Assembly: GCA_052390235.1 (NCBI GenBank)
Contig: JBQTHB010000005.1
Location: 448,001-512,000, forward strand
Direction of reading: 5' to 3'
DNA: 64,000 nucleotides
Source of the DNA: Deltaproteobacteria bacterium
GTDB lineage: Bacteria > Desulfobacterota_D > UBA1144 > Nemesobacterales > CSP1-2
The notes under the pieces were generated by a model. The model was not told the origin of the DNA, did not search any database, and worked only from the letters and a program-made list of their open reading frames with translations. Positions 10,072 through 20,076 of the stretch are shown one piece after another; position 1 is the stretch's first letter, and each line of letters starts with the position of its first letter. The translations under genes were made by a program, and so were the position numbers.

Positions 10072-10500
10072 AATGCAAATAAACTTTCTAAATCTTCAAA
10101 TTGGGGGCAATTATTCCCAAGTGTCTCAACATTAACATTTACTCAAAATGGTTATGGTCCGTCTTTAGATTTGCGAATTACAAAATCTGAAGGAGTTGCG
10201 GTTACAGTTGTTCCTGAAGGAACACCAGGAGCTGGTGTAGTTGCAATTAAAAGAGTTAATGAATTAGACTTTTATAATTTAGGGAGAGACCAACTGGCTA
10301 AAAAACTTGGACTTACAGGGCCAAAAACAACTGAAGCAATTAAATATTTTGCTATTAAGTCAGACACCGAATGTTTCAAAAACTTGAAAATTGGAAACGT
10401 AACATTTGACAGATATTCGCAAAAAGCTATTGAAAAATTAAAATCTGGACTTTCAACAAAATCAGCTGATAAAATTTGGAATGAACGTCCAAAAAGATAG
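10072..10500 (+). pseudogene. 5'-truncated gene, resembling the C-terminal part of DUF3644-type proteins
   Basis: Open frame with no proper start; KRVNELDFYNLGRDQLAKKLGLTGPKT...RYSQKAI. Family assignment from memory only. Confidence 0.45.
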
Positions 10501-10512
10501 AACGCCAGCTAC

Positions 10513-10638
10513 TAACAGCGGCTTACCGCAAGTGGGGCGGACGTGGGAACCGAAAGTGTATCGCTCTTTTTATACATTTGTGTTAGCCGACAGTTGGTCG
10601 CTTCGAAAGCCCCACTTGCGGTAAGCCGCAAAACGTTA
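10513..10638 (+). repeat. attC-like hairpin repeat, 126 nt
   Basis: Perfect 21-bp arms GCGGCTTACCGCAAGTGGGGC (10518-10538) / GCCCCACTTGCGGTAAGCCGC (10609-10629) between TAAC and GTTA. Confidence 0.9.
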
Positions 10639-10725
10639 TGTGCCATTTTAAGGCGACTGTGCAACATTGAAACTTTGTGCATAAAACCGACCTGAACCAA
10701 GAGAGAAAAAACATACCTTCGTGCA

Positions 10726-12147
10726 ATGACACAACAAGCAGAACTTATTCCAACAGAGAGACAAATCTTGCACAGCCGACTGGCAGACAGGTTGGAGACT
10801 GCTTACCATCTTAACCGAAAAGTCGTTAGTTTTCAGGCGAACAAAGACGAGCCAATCTATCGTTGGTTCAAATACAAAGAAGGCTTTTCTTCAACACTCG
10901 TAAAATACTTTCTGACCGAATACGCAAAAAAGTCTGGCAAACTTTTAGACCCATTTGCCGGAGCAGGCACGACACTTTTTGCCGGACAGGAACTTGGTTG
11001 GAAATCTTACGGAGTTGAGATTCTTCCAGTGGGTGTTTTTGTAATGGAGACAAGAGAAGCACTAAACGACATTGATATTGATAAACTTCGTTCAACAGTA
11101 AAAAACCTTTGGACGGAGCTTGCAAAGATTGAGAACTACGAAACTCATATCAACCACATTTCAATTACAAAAGATGCTTTCGCTGATGAAACAGAAATTC
11201 TTCTAAATAAATTTTTGAGCTACTGCTCAAAAATTAAAGACAGAAAAACGCAAACCGTTTTACGGTTTGCTGCTTTCTCCGTCTTAGAGGAAATCAGTTT
11301 CACCCGAAAGGACGGACAGTATTTGCGGTGGGATTATCGTTCAAAGAGAAATCTTCCGGGTAAACCTTTTGACATCGGAAAAATTTATTCGTTTGAAGAG
11401 GCGATGAACAGAAAACTTTCTCAAATAATTTCCGACTTGTCGGGCAACACGACCAACAGTTTGTTTGAAGCACTGGAAAGCAAACCTGCTGTTCAGCATC
11501 CAGTAAAAATTATTGAAGGTTCATGTTTGGAAGAACTTCCAAAAATTGAAGATGAGTTTTTTGATTGCATTGTTACATCACCACCTTACTGCAATCGCTA
11601 CGATTACACACGGACTTATGCGTTGGAGTTAGTTTTTCTCGGCAACGACAACGACCATGTTCGCAATTTACGACAGTCAATGTTGTCTTGCACGGTTGAG
11701 AACAAAGAGAAGGTGAATCAACTACAAAAGTTTTACGCTTCAATTGGCAAACAAAAAACTTTTGACCGAGTGCGTGAAGTTTACAAAAACTCTAACGCAA
11801 TGACAGAAGTAAATTCAGTTCTTGACGGGTTGAACAAGTTGGAGAAACTCAACAACAACATCGCTAGAATGGTGAAGAATTATTTTCTTGAAATGTGTTT
11901 TGTGATTTACGAGATGGCACGAATTACTAAGAGTGGTGGACATTGCGTGATGGTGAATGACAATGTTCGCTATGGTGGAGAAGAAATTCCAGTTGACTTA
12001 ATCCTATCCGAGTTTGCAGAAAACTTCGGTTTCAATATCAATAAAATTTTTGTGTTACCCAGAGGCAAAGGCAACAGCAGTCAGCAAATGGGTAACTATG
12101 GACGAACCGAAGTCCGCAAATGTGTTTACCTATGGCAAAAAAGATAA
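10726..12147 (+). CDS. Site-specific DNA methyltransferase (N4-cytosine type) of a type II RM pair
   Basis: LDPFAGAGTT SAM-binding motif and TSPPY catalytic motif; overlaps the endonuclease gene. Confidence 0.88.
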   Translation: MTQQAELIPTERQILHSRLADRLETAYHLNRKVVSFQANKDEPIYRWFKYKEGFSSTLVKYFLTEYAKKSGKLLDPFAGAGTTLFAGQELGWKSYGVEILPVGVFVMETREALNDIDIDKLRSTVKNLWTELAKIENYETHINHISITKDAFADETEILLNKFLSYCSKIKDRKTQTVLRFAAFSVLEEISFTRKDGQYLRWDYRSKRNLPGKPFDIGKIYSFEEAMNRKLSQIISDLSGNTTNSLFEALESKPAVQHPVKIIEGSCLEELPKIEDEFFDCIVTSPPYCNRYDYTRTYALELVFLGNDNDHVRNLRQSMLSCTVENKEKVNQLQKFYASIGKQKTFDRVREVYKNSNAMTEVNSVLDGLNKLEKLNNNIARMVKNYFLEMCFVIYEMARITKSGGHCVMVNDNVRYGGEEIPVDLILSEFAENFGFNINKIFVLPRGKGNSSQQMGNYGRTEVRKCVYLWQKR

Positions 12148-13098
12148 TCGCAAATTCACTCATTAAATCCGCTGACGATTTAGTTACATCAAGAGAAGAC
12201 ACCAGAGCAGGTTTTATCGCAATGGCATTGGAGAAAAATTACATTGCGGTTCCTTACATTGAAGAAGCCAAAGCATTGAAAGCACTTGCTTCGCAAGTGA
12301 AAAAACCGAAAGACCTTTTACAGGTAAAGGATTTACGTGTTGGTTTGCTCACTGCTTCAGGACTTTCTGACAAGTCATTGAACTATTTGAATGATGACGA
12401 CAGAGTTGTTGCAATCAAAGGGCTTATTGACAAATTCCTTGAGCCAGCCGGAGAAGTTTTCATTGACGAATTAGTTTACCGTTATCTATTGACCAAAGGC
12501 GATGCACTCGGAGGCAAAGCAAGAAACCTTGCCGGTTCTCTTGGTGAACGAAAATTTCTGCGTTCACTCATTTCGGTTTTCAACCTTTCAGGCATCAACT
12601 ACAAGTGGAAAGACAACGACACAAAACACTTGGCTTGATAAACCGCAAGACGATACCGACATTGAGAAACGCATCAAAGCAATCTATTGGAGAAAGAAAC
12701 AAGACCGCTTGATGATACTCAACACCAATGTTCCATTGGTAAATAAAAATGTTGACCTTTCAATTTTTCAAGGCAAAGTTGAAGACCTGAAAAGCGGAAA
12801 GCAATCCATCATTCATCAACCGGACAAATACATTGCGTTGGGAGAATTGAAAGGGGGTATTGACCCGGCAGGTGCAGACGAACATTGGAAAACTGCAGAC
12901 TCTGCACTCAACAGAATACGGACAAGTTTTGACAAGAAGAAATTGAAGCCACAAACATTTTTTGTTGGTGCAGCTATTGAAAACGCAATGGCAATTGAGA
13001 TTTACAAACAACTCCAAACAGGGACAATGAACAATGCAGCAAACTTGACAAGTGACGGACAACTGATCGCTGTCTGTGAGTGGGTAATAAACTTGTAA
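12132..13098 (+). pseudogene. AvaI/BsoBI-family type II restriction endonuclease, frameshifted near 12623-12626
   Basis: TRAGFIAMALEKN, LTKGDALGG..RN, GELKGGIDPAGADEHWKTA; two overlapping ORFs joined by removing one A. Confidence 0.85.
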
Positions 13099-13132
13099 CG
13101 ACAGTGTATTGCAGACGGAGAAGCACTTCCGG

Positions 13133-13258
13133 TAACATGGGCTTAGCGAAAGTGGCGGTTCAGTGCTTAACCGAACATTTGTCCTTCTATTCAAGTGCAG
13201 TGCTGGCAGAAAGTTTTGTGCTTCGTATTCGCCACCTTCGCCAAGCCCCGAACCGTTA
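13133..13258 (+). repeat. attC-like hairpin repeat, 126 nt
   Basis: TAAC-A-TGGGCTTAGCGAAAGTGGCG ... CGCCACCTTCGCCAAGCCCC-GAACC-GTTA. Confidence 0.88.
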
Positions 13259-13286
13259 GCTGTGATCATACAGACACCAGACATCA

Positions 13287-14585
13287 ATGAGTAAATCGAC
13301 CGCAATAGAATTAACAAAAATCCCAAAGGACAAAGACTACGAGGATTACTTATGTGCCTTTTTGCAGGCAGGTGGACTTTATGTTGAAAGAAGTATTATT
13401 CATAGAGAAGTTGAAGAGCTTTTAGAACTCGCCATTTTGACAACTGATTTTCAGCAGGACAGTGCAACAAATAATTTAATAGAAATAAAAGGTGGCGACT
13501 GGGGATTTAGCGATATATTTAAAATTAGAGGTTGGCTGACATACTTGAATTATGAAAGTGGAAGTTTTATAGTTCAAAAATCAAGACCAAGCATAAGCTA
13601 CTTTCAGGACAAAGCAAAGGAGTTAAGCATAGACTTAATTGACAATTCTGACTTGAACACAACAAAAGAAACGCTTAAACATTTTCTACGACTTGAACCA
13701 CATAAAGCTGATATTGAAACAATAAGATTTGCTTACCTTTTAGAACGAAAGCAACTTCAAAAAATAAAAAACTTAAAGAAAAGTAATTCTGGTTTTGTTA
13801 GCTATGCCGAACTTGATGACTACTTTTTCAAAATAAACAGCGGTTCATTTTTTTCAAGAGACCCAATAAGAAGAATTAACCAACTTTTTGGCGTTTTCAT
13901 TAAATATAAAAATATAACAGCCAAGATATGCAACGAACTTGGGGGTGGCGACTTTGATGATGATGATGTTTCAGAACTTACAGGAGAATGCTTTAAAGAC
14001 ACTTTCTACAAAGCAAATGACTCAATTTTACAAGTTTCATTATATGTCGAGCATATTGCAAGAATTACAGTATTAAAATGTGCAATTGAACATTTAATTG
14101 ACAAACTCAAAGGTAACTACAAAGCCACAGATTTAACAGACCAACTAAATTACTTGACATTACCCAACACAATAAAGACGGGACTAAATTTAATAATCAA
14201 AGACAAATATTTTCATTTATATCCAAGGTTTTGGCAATATTTTACCTATGTATTTGGTGGTTTCATTCTGACAGACATTCGAGAAAAAGAATACGAGTTA
14301 TTATCCCAAAAGACAGGAATACCAGTTGAAGAAATACCAAACGCTTTTGATGCATTTAATAAGCTGTTTCCTCGGAATGGTGGTTGGTTTTTCAAATTCC
14401 CCAAATCGTCAATTGAATGGCATAACTTTTTTCCTATTGCATTTTCAGGACTTGGGGCCAATTACAGACGTCTAATTTATACAAACGATGGTGACTATGA
14501 CGAATTATATAAAATACTATCATCAGATATGACAGCAGCAGACTTATCGAAATGGAACAACTTAGCATACAACATACTAAAATAA
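13287..14585 (+). CDS. Hypothetical cassette protein, possible N-terminal PD-(D/E)xK-like nuclease fold
   Basis: Intact 432-aa ORF bounded by repeats; DYEDY...LELAI...IEIKG pattern. Confidence 0.55.
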   Translation: MSKSTAIELTKIPKDKDYEDYLCAFLQAGGLYVERSIIHREVEELLELAILTTDFQQDSATNNLIEIKGGDWGFSDIFKIRGWLTYLNYESGSFIVQKSRPSISYFQDKAKELSIDLIDNSDLNTTKETLKHFLRLEPHKADIETIRFAYLLERKQLQKIKNLKKSNSGFVSYAELDDYFFKINSGSFFSRDPIRRINQLFGVFIKYKNITAKICNELGGGDFDDDDVSELTGECFKDTFYKANDSILQVSLYVEHIARITVLKCAIEHLIDKLKGNYKATDLTDQLNYLTLPNTIKTGLNLIIKDKYFHLYPRFWQYFTYVFGGFILTDIREKEYELLSQKTGIPVEEIPNAFDAFNKLFPRNGGWFFKFPKSSIEWHNFFPIAFSGLGANYRRLIYTNDGDYDELYKILSSDMTAADLSKWNNLAYNILK

Positions 14586-14592
14586 CCACAGC

Positions 14593-14718
14593 TAACAGCG
14601 GCTTTGTGCAATGGCGGGTGACGCGCTTCTATGACACTTTTGTGCTTAATCAAACTTTAGTTTTTCAAATCAAGTTTTGCGCTAAAAACCCGCCACTACG
14701 CAAAGCCGCAAACCGTTA
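14593..14718 (+). repeat. attC-like hairpin repeat, 126 nt
   Basis: TAAC-A-GCGGCTTTGTGCAATGGCGGG ... CCCGCCACTACGCAAAGCCGC-AAACC-GTTA. Confidence 0.9.
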
Positions 14719-14762
14719 CCTACAAACGTAAAAAAACAAATAAACATAAAAGAGAAAGAAAA

Positions 14763-15420
14763 ATGATGGAAAAAGTAATAAAAAAGGTAGCCAATTTAAT
14801 AGGTAATTCTATTTTATTGCCTTACATCTCAAACGATGAAACCTCCGCAATAGCAATTGGCGCGATGTTGTCTAAACAGCAATATTCAATGAATTCCAAT
14901 AATATTAATGATTATGAGTTCAAGATATTTAGTCAGTTTGGCGATGACGGAATTATTCAATATTTGATAAAAAATGTAGAAATAAAGAATGAAATTTTCA
15001 TAGAGTTTGGCGTTGAAAATTATCTTGAATCAAACACACGGTTCTTGTTGATGAACAACAACTGGTCTGGATTTGTTATGGATGGTTCTGCTGAAGCAAT
15101 GAATAGTCTTAAAAATCAGAATTGGTATTAGAAATACTGTTTAACTCAGAAAGCTGTTTTTATTGACAAAGACAATATCAACGAGTTGTTAGAAAGCACG
15201 GGCTTCTCTAACATTGCGCTACTACATATAGACATTGACGGAAATGATTACCATATATTAAAGGAAATTGATTTGTCTAAATTGGATCCGGCAATAATAA
15301 TTATGGAATACAACAGTGTTTTTGGAAAAGATAGAAAAATTACGGTTCCCTATGACAGAAGTTTTGTTAGAACAAAAGCGCATTTTAGTAATTAATTTTT
15401 TGGAGCTTCCCTGCCAGCAC
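14763..15420 (+). pseudogene. FkbM-like SAM-methyltransferase-fold gene with in-frame stops, 3'-truncated
   Basis: FSQFGDDGII, FIEFGVE, HIDIDGNDY, MEYN motifs; stops at 15129 and 15393. Confidence 0.65.
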
Positions 15421-15546
15421 TTATAGAAAACCAGCCCCAAAAATGGCACATTTGGTTTTGCCCGACACACCAATGACATTTGTGCCAAGAACAAGCATTT
15501 TTTTACGTATTTTGACCTACAATAATTTAATACTGAATAATTCATA

Positions 15547-17091
15547 ATGACCGATATAAAGAACTTAGAAAAAACCCTGTGGACAGCAGCCGACAAGATG
15601 CGGAGCAATATGGATGCTGCCGAATACAAACACGTTGTGTTGGGGCTTATTTTCTTAAAATATATTTCAGACGCTTTCAGCGAGTTGTATGACAAGATGC
15701 AAGAAGGCAAAGGCGAATACGAAGGTGCAAACCCCGAAGATGCTGACGAATACTTGGCTCACAACATTTTCTTTGTTCCCGAAAAAGCCCGTTGGCAATT
15801 TCTGCAAGACAGAGCCAAACAACCCACCATCGGCAAACTGATTGACGAAGCAATGGATGCCATTGAAAAACAGAACAGCAGTTTGAAAGGTGTGTTGCCA
15901 AAAATTTATGCCGACCCCGAACTGAACAAACAACGCCTTGGCGAACTCATTGACCTGATTGGAACCATTGGCTTTAACCAAAAAGGACACGTTGCCAAAG
16001 ACCTTTTGGGCAGAGTGTATGAATATTTCTTAGGGCAGTTTGCCGATGCAGAAGGCAAAAAAGGCGGACAGTTTTACACACCTGAAAGCATTGTAAAACT
16101 ATTGGTGCAAATGCTTGAACCTTTCAACGGCAGGGTGTATGACGGCTGTTGCGGAAGCGGTGGAATGTTTGTGCAAAGCGAAAAGTTTGTAGAAGAACAT
16201 CAGGGCAATATCAAAGACCTTTCTATTTACGGACAGGAAAGCAACCCAACCACTTTGCGACTGGCAAAAATGAACCTTGCCATTCGTCGCATTGATGCAA
16301 AGATTGAATTGGGCGACACTTTTTTGGACGACAAACACAAAGACCTGAAAGCCGATTTTATTTTGGCTAATCCACCGTTTAACATCAGCGACTGGAGTGG
16401 CGAACAACTGCGTGACGACATACGCTGGAAATACGGTGTGCCACCCACAGGCAATGCCAACTACGCTTGGTTGCAACACTTCATTCACAAACTTAGCCCC
16501 AACGGAACGGCAGGTATTGTGTTGGCAAACGGCAGTATGAACAGCAACACAGGCAACGAAGGTGAAATACGCAAAAACCTGATTGAAGCTGGACTGATTG
16601 ATTGTATGGTGAGTTTACCTGCACAGTTGTTTTTCAATACACAAATACCTGCTTGCCTTTGGTTTTTGGCTCGAAACAAAACCAACGGAAAATTTAGAAA
16701 CCGCAGCAACGAAATACTATTTATTGACGGCAGAAAATTAGGTGTGCTGATAAACCGCAGAAACAAAGAACTGACCGAAAAAGACCTGAAACAAATTGCC
16801 GACACTTACCACAACTGGCGAAACCTGCCTGACCGGCAGGCAGGCCCAAAAGGCAAATACCAAGACATTGACGGCTTTTGCAAAAGTGCCAGCATTGAAG
16901 AAGTAAAAAAGAACAACTACATACTAATGCCCGGAAAGTATGTAGGCACCGAAGAAGAAGAAAGTGACGGAATATTATTTGAAGATAAAATGCAAACCTT
17001 AACGGCTGCATTGGCAGAGCAATTTGCCAAACGAAACGATTTAGAAAAAACCATCCGCAAAAACTTAAAAGGAATTGGATATGATTTTTAA
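15547..17091 (+). CDS. hsdM: Type I RM methyltransferase subunit
   Basis: [22 protein letters not shown]. Confidence 0.95.
   Translation: MTDIKNLEKTLWTAADKMRSNMDAAEYKHVVLGLIFLKYISDAFSELYDKMQEGKGEYEGANPEDADEYLAHNIFFVPEKARWQFLQDRAKQPTIGKLIDEAMDAIEKQNSSLKGVLPKIYADPELNKQRLGELIDLIGTIGFNQKGHVAKDLLGRVYEYFLGQFADAEGKKGGQFYTPESIVKLLVQMLEPFNGRVYDGCCGSGGMFVQSEKFVEEHQGNIKDLSIYGQESNPTTLRLAKMNLAIRRIDAKIELGDTFLDDKHKDLKADFILANPPFNISDWSGEQLRDDIRWKYGVPPTGNANYAWLQHFIHKLSPNGTAGIVLANGSMNSNTGNEGEIRKNLIEAGLIDCMVSLPAQLFFNTQIPACLWFLARNKTNGKFRNRSNEILFIDGRKLGVLINRRNKELTEKDLKQIADTYHNWRNLPDRQAGPKGKYQDIDGFCKSASIEEVKKNNYILMPGKYVGTEEEESDGILFEDKMQTLTAALAEQFAKRNDLEKTIRKNLKGIGYDF
16824..16844 (+). repeat. 21-nt GC-rich hairpin inserted in frame in hsdM
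   Basis: CCTGCC-TGACC-GGCAGG-CAGG, adding LPDRQAG. Confidence 0.6.
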
Positions 17092-18262
17092 CGAATGGAA
17101 AAAATATAGCTTAGAAAATATTTGTGAGCAGGTTCGGAACGGATATACACCGAACGGCTCTGATAATTTGGCTTATATCGGACTTGAACATATTGAGCAG
17201 CAAACTTTGAGGTTGCTTGGAATAGGAAAATCATCTGATATAACAAGCAATAAATTCAAGTTTGAAAGCGGTGATATTTTGTTTGGCAAATTGAGACCCT
17301 ATTTTAGAAAAGTCTATCGTCCTAAATTTTCTGGAATTTGTTCAACCGATATTTCGGTTTTTCGAGCAAGGAAAAATTTTGAAACAGGATTTCTTTTCTA
17401 TTTGGTAGCTTCAAAAGATTTTATTGACTATGCCAATGCTGTGAGTTCGGGAACAAGGATGCCAAGAGCAGATTGGAACTTGCTGAAAAATTCCGAATGG
17501 TCAATTCCTAATCTTCTCACCCAACAACGCATTGCATCTATTCTTTCCAGTTTAGACGATGCCATAGAACTTAACCAACAAATCAATAAAACGCTGGAAG
17601 ACATGGCAAAAGCCATTTTCAAAGAATGGTTTGTTGATTTTAATTTCCCCAATGCCATAGGCAAATTTCAGGAAACCGAAATCGGTAAAATCCCTGTTGG
17701 GTGGAAGGTGGGGAAATTATCTGATGGCTTCGATATAACTATGGGGCAATCACCGCCAGGGGATAGCTACAATGAAGAAAATATTGGAACACCTTTTTTT
17801 CAGGGAAGAACTGACTTTGAATTTCGCTTTCCTTCAAATAGAATATATACAACACAACCGAAAAGATTTGCGAAGAAATTAGATACTTTGGTTAGTGTTA
17901 GAGCACCAGTTGGTGATATGAACATTGCAAGTGAAGATTGCTGCATTGGAAGGGGTTTAGCCGCAGTCATTCATAAAAATGGCAATGCATCTTTTACTTA
18001 CTATTTTTTGAATTCATTGGTTGAAAAATTCAAAATGTTTGAAGGAACAGGAACTGTATTTGGTTCTATAAATAAAACCGATTTTGAAAATATGGTTTGC
18101 ATCTATTCAACAATAGAATTGATTGATGAGTTTGAGAGAATTTGCAGTTCATTTGATGAGCAGATATACAACAACGAAAAAGAAAACCAATCCCTAATCA
18201 ACCTGCGTGATACTTTGCTTCCAAAGTTGATGAAGGGAGAAATAGCGTTAAGTGAAAAGTGA
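17081..18262 (+). CDS. hsdS: Type I RM specificity subunit
   Basis: Two TRDs, [13 protein letters not shown] coil, [15 protein letters not shown]-terminus. Confidence 0.93.
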   Translation: MIFNEWKKYSLENICEQVRNGYTPNGSDNLAYIGLEHIEQQTLRLLGIGKSSDITSNKFKFESGDILFGKLRPYFRKVYRPKFSGICSTDISVFRARKNFETGFLFYLVASKDFIDYANAVSSGTRMPRADWNLLKNSEWSIPNLLTQQRIASILSSLDDAIELNQQINKTLEDMAKAIFKEWFVDFNFPNAIGKFQETEIGKIPVGWKVGKLSDGFDITMGQSPPGDSYNEENIGTPFFQGRTDFEFRFPSNRIYTTQPKRFAKKLDTLVSVRAPVGDMNIASEDCCIGRGLAAVIHKNGNASFTYYFLNSLVEKFKMFEGTGTVFGSINKTDFENMVCIYSTIELIDEFERICSSFDEQIYNNEKENQSLINLRDTLLPKLMKGEIALSEK

Positions 18263-18282
18263 AAAACTAAAAGTGAAAAGTT

Positions 18283-18629
18283 ATGGGGAAGTCCATTTTA
18301 AAAGATAAGAGTTATGCATGTGCAATTAGGGTTGTAAAGATGTCGCAGTATTTGGTTAATGAGAAAAAGGAATATGTATTGAGCAAACAAGTTCTAAGAA
18401 GCGGCACTGCGGTTGTTGCTTTAATTCGAGAAGCAGAATTTGGACAAAGCAAAGCCGATTTTACGAGTACAATGAACATCGCTTTAAAAGCAGCTACTGA
18501 AACAGAGGATTGGCTAACCATTTTAAAAGACACAGATTATATAGATGAAAGCTATTCAATAGCTTACAAACTGATTGTAAAGAATTGATAGCAATGTTAG
18601 TATCGACAGTAAAAACAAGCAAACAATGA
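18283..18629 (+). pseudogene. Four-helix-bundle protein (23S rRNA IVP family), frameshifted near 18548
   Basis: [17 protein letters not shown]-terminus LFNSLQTDCKELIAMLVSTVKTSKQ* in another frame; paralogue of 19692-20036. Confidence 0.85.
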
Positions 18630-18673
18630 CAAGAACTTTTCACGTATCACTTTTAGTTTTTAACTTTTGAGTA

Positions 18674-19714
18674 ATGGCTGAAAATAAAAATAATTCATCG
18701 GACATCATTCTTTACAGTTCTCCCGAAGGAAGCATTAAGGTAGAAGTTGTTTATTCGGGCGAAACATTTTGGCTTTCCCAAAAACGTATTGCTGAACTTT
18801 TTGGCGTGGAAGTGCCGGCCGTGAGCAAGCACCTTGCAAACATCTTTGAATCAGGCGAATTGGTACAGGATGCAACTGTTTCCATTTTGGAAATAGTTCA
18901 ACAGGAAGGCAGCCGAAACGTAACCCGCAAAATGGAGTTTTATAATCTGGACGCCATAATTGCCGTGGGTTACCGGGTAAACAGCCGTCAGGCAACACAG
19001 TTCCGTATTTGGGCAACCCAAACGCTTAGGGAGTTTATCATCAAAGGTTTTGTGCTGGACGATGAACGCTTGAAACAAGGCAAACGCTTTGGCAAAGATT
19101 ACTTCGATGAACTCTTAGAACGTATTCGGGAAATACGCGCAAGTGAAAGGCGTTTTTACCAAAAGATTACCGACATCTACGAGCAGTGTAGCATTGACTA
19201 CAATAAAGAAGCAGATATTACTCAAACCTTTTTTAAAACCGTTCAGAACAAACTGCATTGGGCTATAACAGGTAAAACCGCAGCACAAATCATTGCCGAA
19301 AGAGCCAAAGTATCGGAATCCAATATGGGATTGCAAACATGGAAAAATGCTCCCAAAGGCAAGATTTTGAAAACCGATGTGAGCATTGCCAAAAATTACC
19401 TGATTGAAAAAGAAATAAAAGAATTGGAGAGAGTTGTATCCATGTATCTGGACTATGCCGAAAATCAGGCAGCAAGGCAAATACCCATGAAGATGGGTGA
19501 TTGGGTAGAAAAAATTGATGCCTTCCTGCAATTCAACGAATACAAAATTTTGAAAGATGCAGGCAAAGTAAGCCATGAAATAGCAAAATCATTAGCCGAA
19601 AAGGAATTTGAGAAATTTAGGGTTGTGCAGGACAAGAATTTTGAAAGTGACTTTGATAAGCAAGTGAAAAGTTTACAACGAAAAACTAAAAATGAAAAAT
19701 CCCCTAAGAGATAA
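18674..19714 (+). CDS. RhuM-family (virulence RhuM / DNA-binding) protein
   Basis: ETFWLSQKRIAELF, YNLDAIIAVGYRVNS..ATQFRIWA, IRASERRFYQKITD. Confidence 0.9.
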   Translation: MAENKNNSSDIILYSSPEGSIKVEVVYSGETFWLSQKRIAELFGVEVPAVSKHLANIFESGELVQDATVSILEIVQQEGSRNVTRKMEFYNLDAIIAVGYRVNSRQATQFRIWATQTLREFIIKGFVLDDERLKQGKRFGKDYFDELLERIREIRASERRFYQKITDIYEQCSIDYNKEADITQTFFKTVQNKLHWAITGKTAAQIIAERAKVSESNMGLQTWKNAPKGKILKTDVSIAKNYLIEKEIKELERVVSMYLDYAENQAARQIPMKMGDWVEKIDAFLQFNEYKILKDAGKVSHEIAKSLAEKEFEKFRVVQDKNFESDFDKQVKSLQRKTKNEKSPKR

Positions 19715-20036
19715 AAGTTATGCTTTTGCCATAAGGATTGTGAAGCTGTCGCAGTATTTGGTGAATGAGAAAAAGGAATATGTTTTGAGTAAACAGGTAT
19801 TGAGAAGCGGAACAGCAATCGGAGCATTAATTCGAGAAGCAGAGTTTGGGCAAAGCAAAGCAGATTTTGTAAGCAAGATGAGCATTTCACTCAAGGAAGC
19901 AAACGAAACTGAATATTGGTTATCCATTTTAAAAGACTCTGAGTATATTGATGAACAGTTATTCAATAGTTTGCAAAACGATTGCAAGGAGCTTATCGAT
20001 ATGTTAGTTTCATCTGTAAAAACTGCCAAAAAATGA
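19692..20036 (+). CDS. Four-helix-bundle protein (23S rRNA IVP family)
   Basis: [16 protein letters not shown]...SKADF...[10 protein letters not shown]. Confidence 0.9.
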   Translation: MKNPLRDKSYAFAIRIVKLSQYLVNEKKEYVLSKQVLRSGTAIGALIREAEFGQSKADFVSKMSISLKEANETEYWLSILKDSEYIDEQLFNSLQNDCKELIDMLVSSVKTAKK

Positions 20037-20076
20037 CCTACAACTTTTCACGTCTCACTTTTTATTTTTCACTTCA

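Noticed and set aside
8811..13326. Small ORFs overlapping the repeats (8811-9080, 10512-10700, 12760-13326)
   Set aside because: They read through the non-coding hairpins on the opposite strand and show no protein motifs.
8863..14718. CRISPR array
   Set aside because: Repeats are 126 nt, divergent and separated by whole genes; no cas genes are present.
15129..15395. Stop-codon recoding in the FkbM-like gene
   Set aside because: Two different stops (TAG and TAA) plus truncation; neighbouring genes use these as normal stops, so decay is the simpler explanation.
17081..18262. Phase-variable (invertible) hsdS locus
   Set aside because: Only one hsdS, with no silent TRD copies or flanking inverted repeats seen.
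18283..20036. Diversity-generating retroelement (Avd-like four-helix genes)
   Set aside because: No reverse transcriptase and no TR/VR pair with adenine-specific differences in the window.
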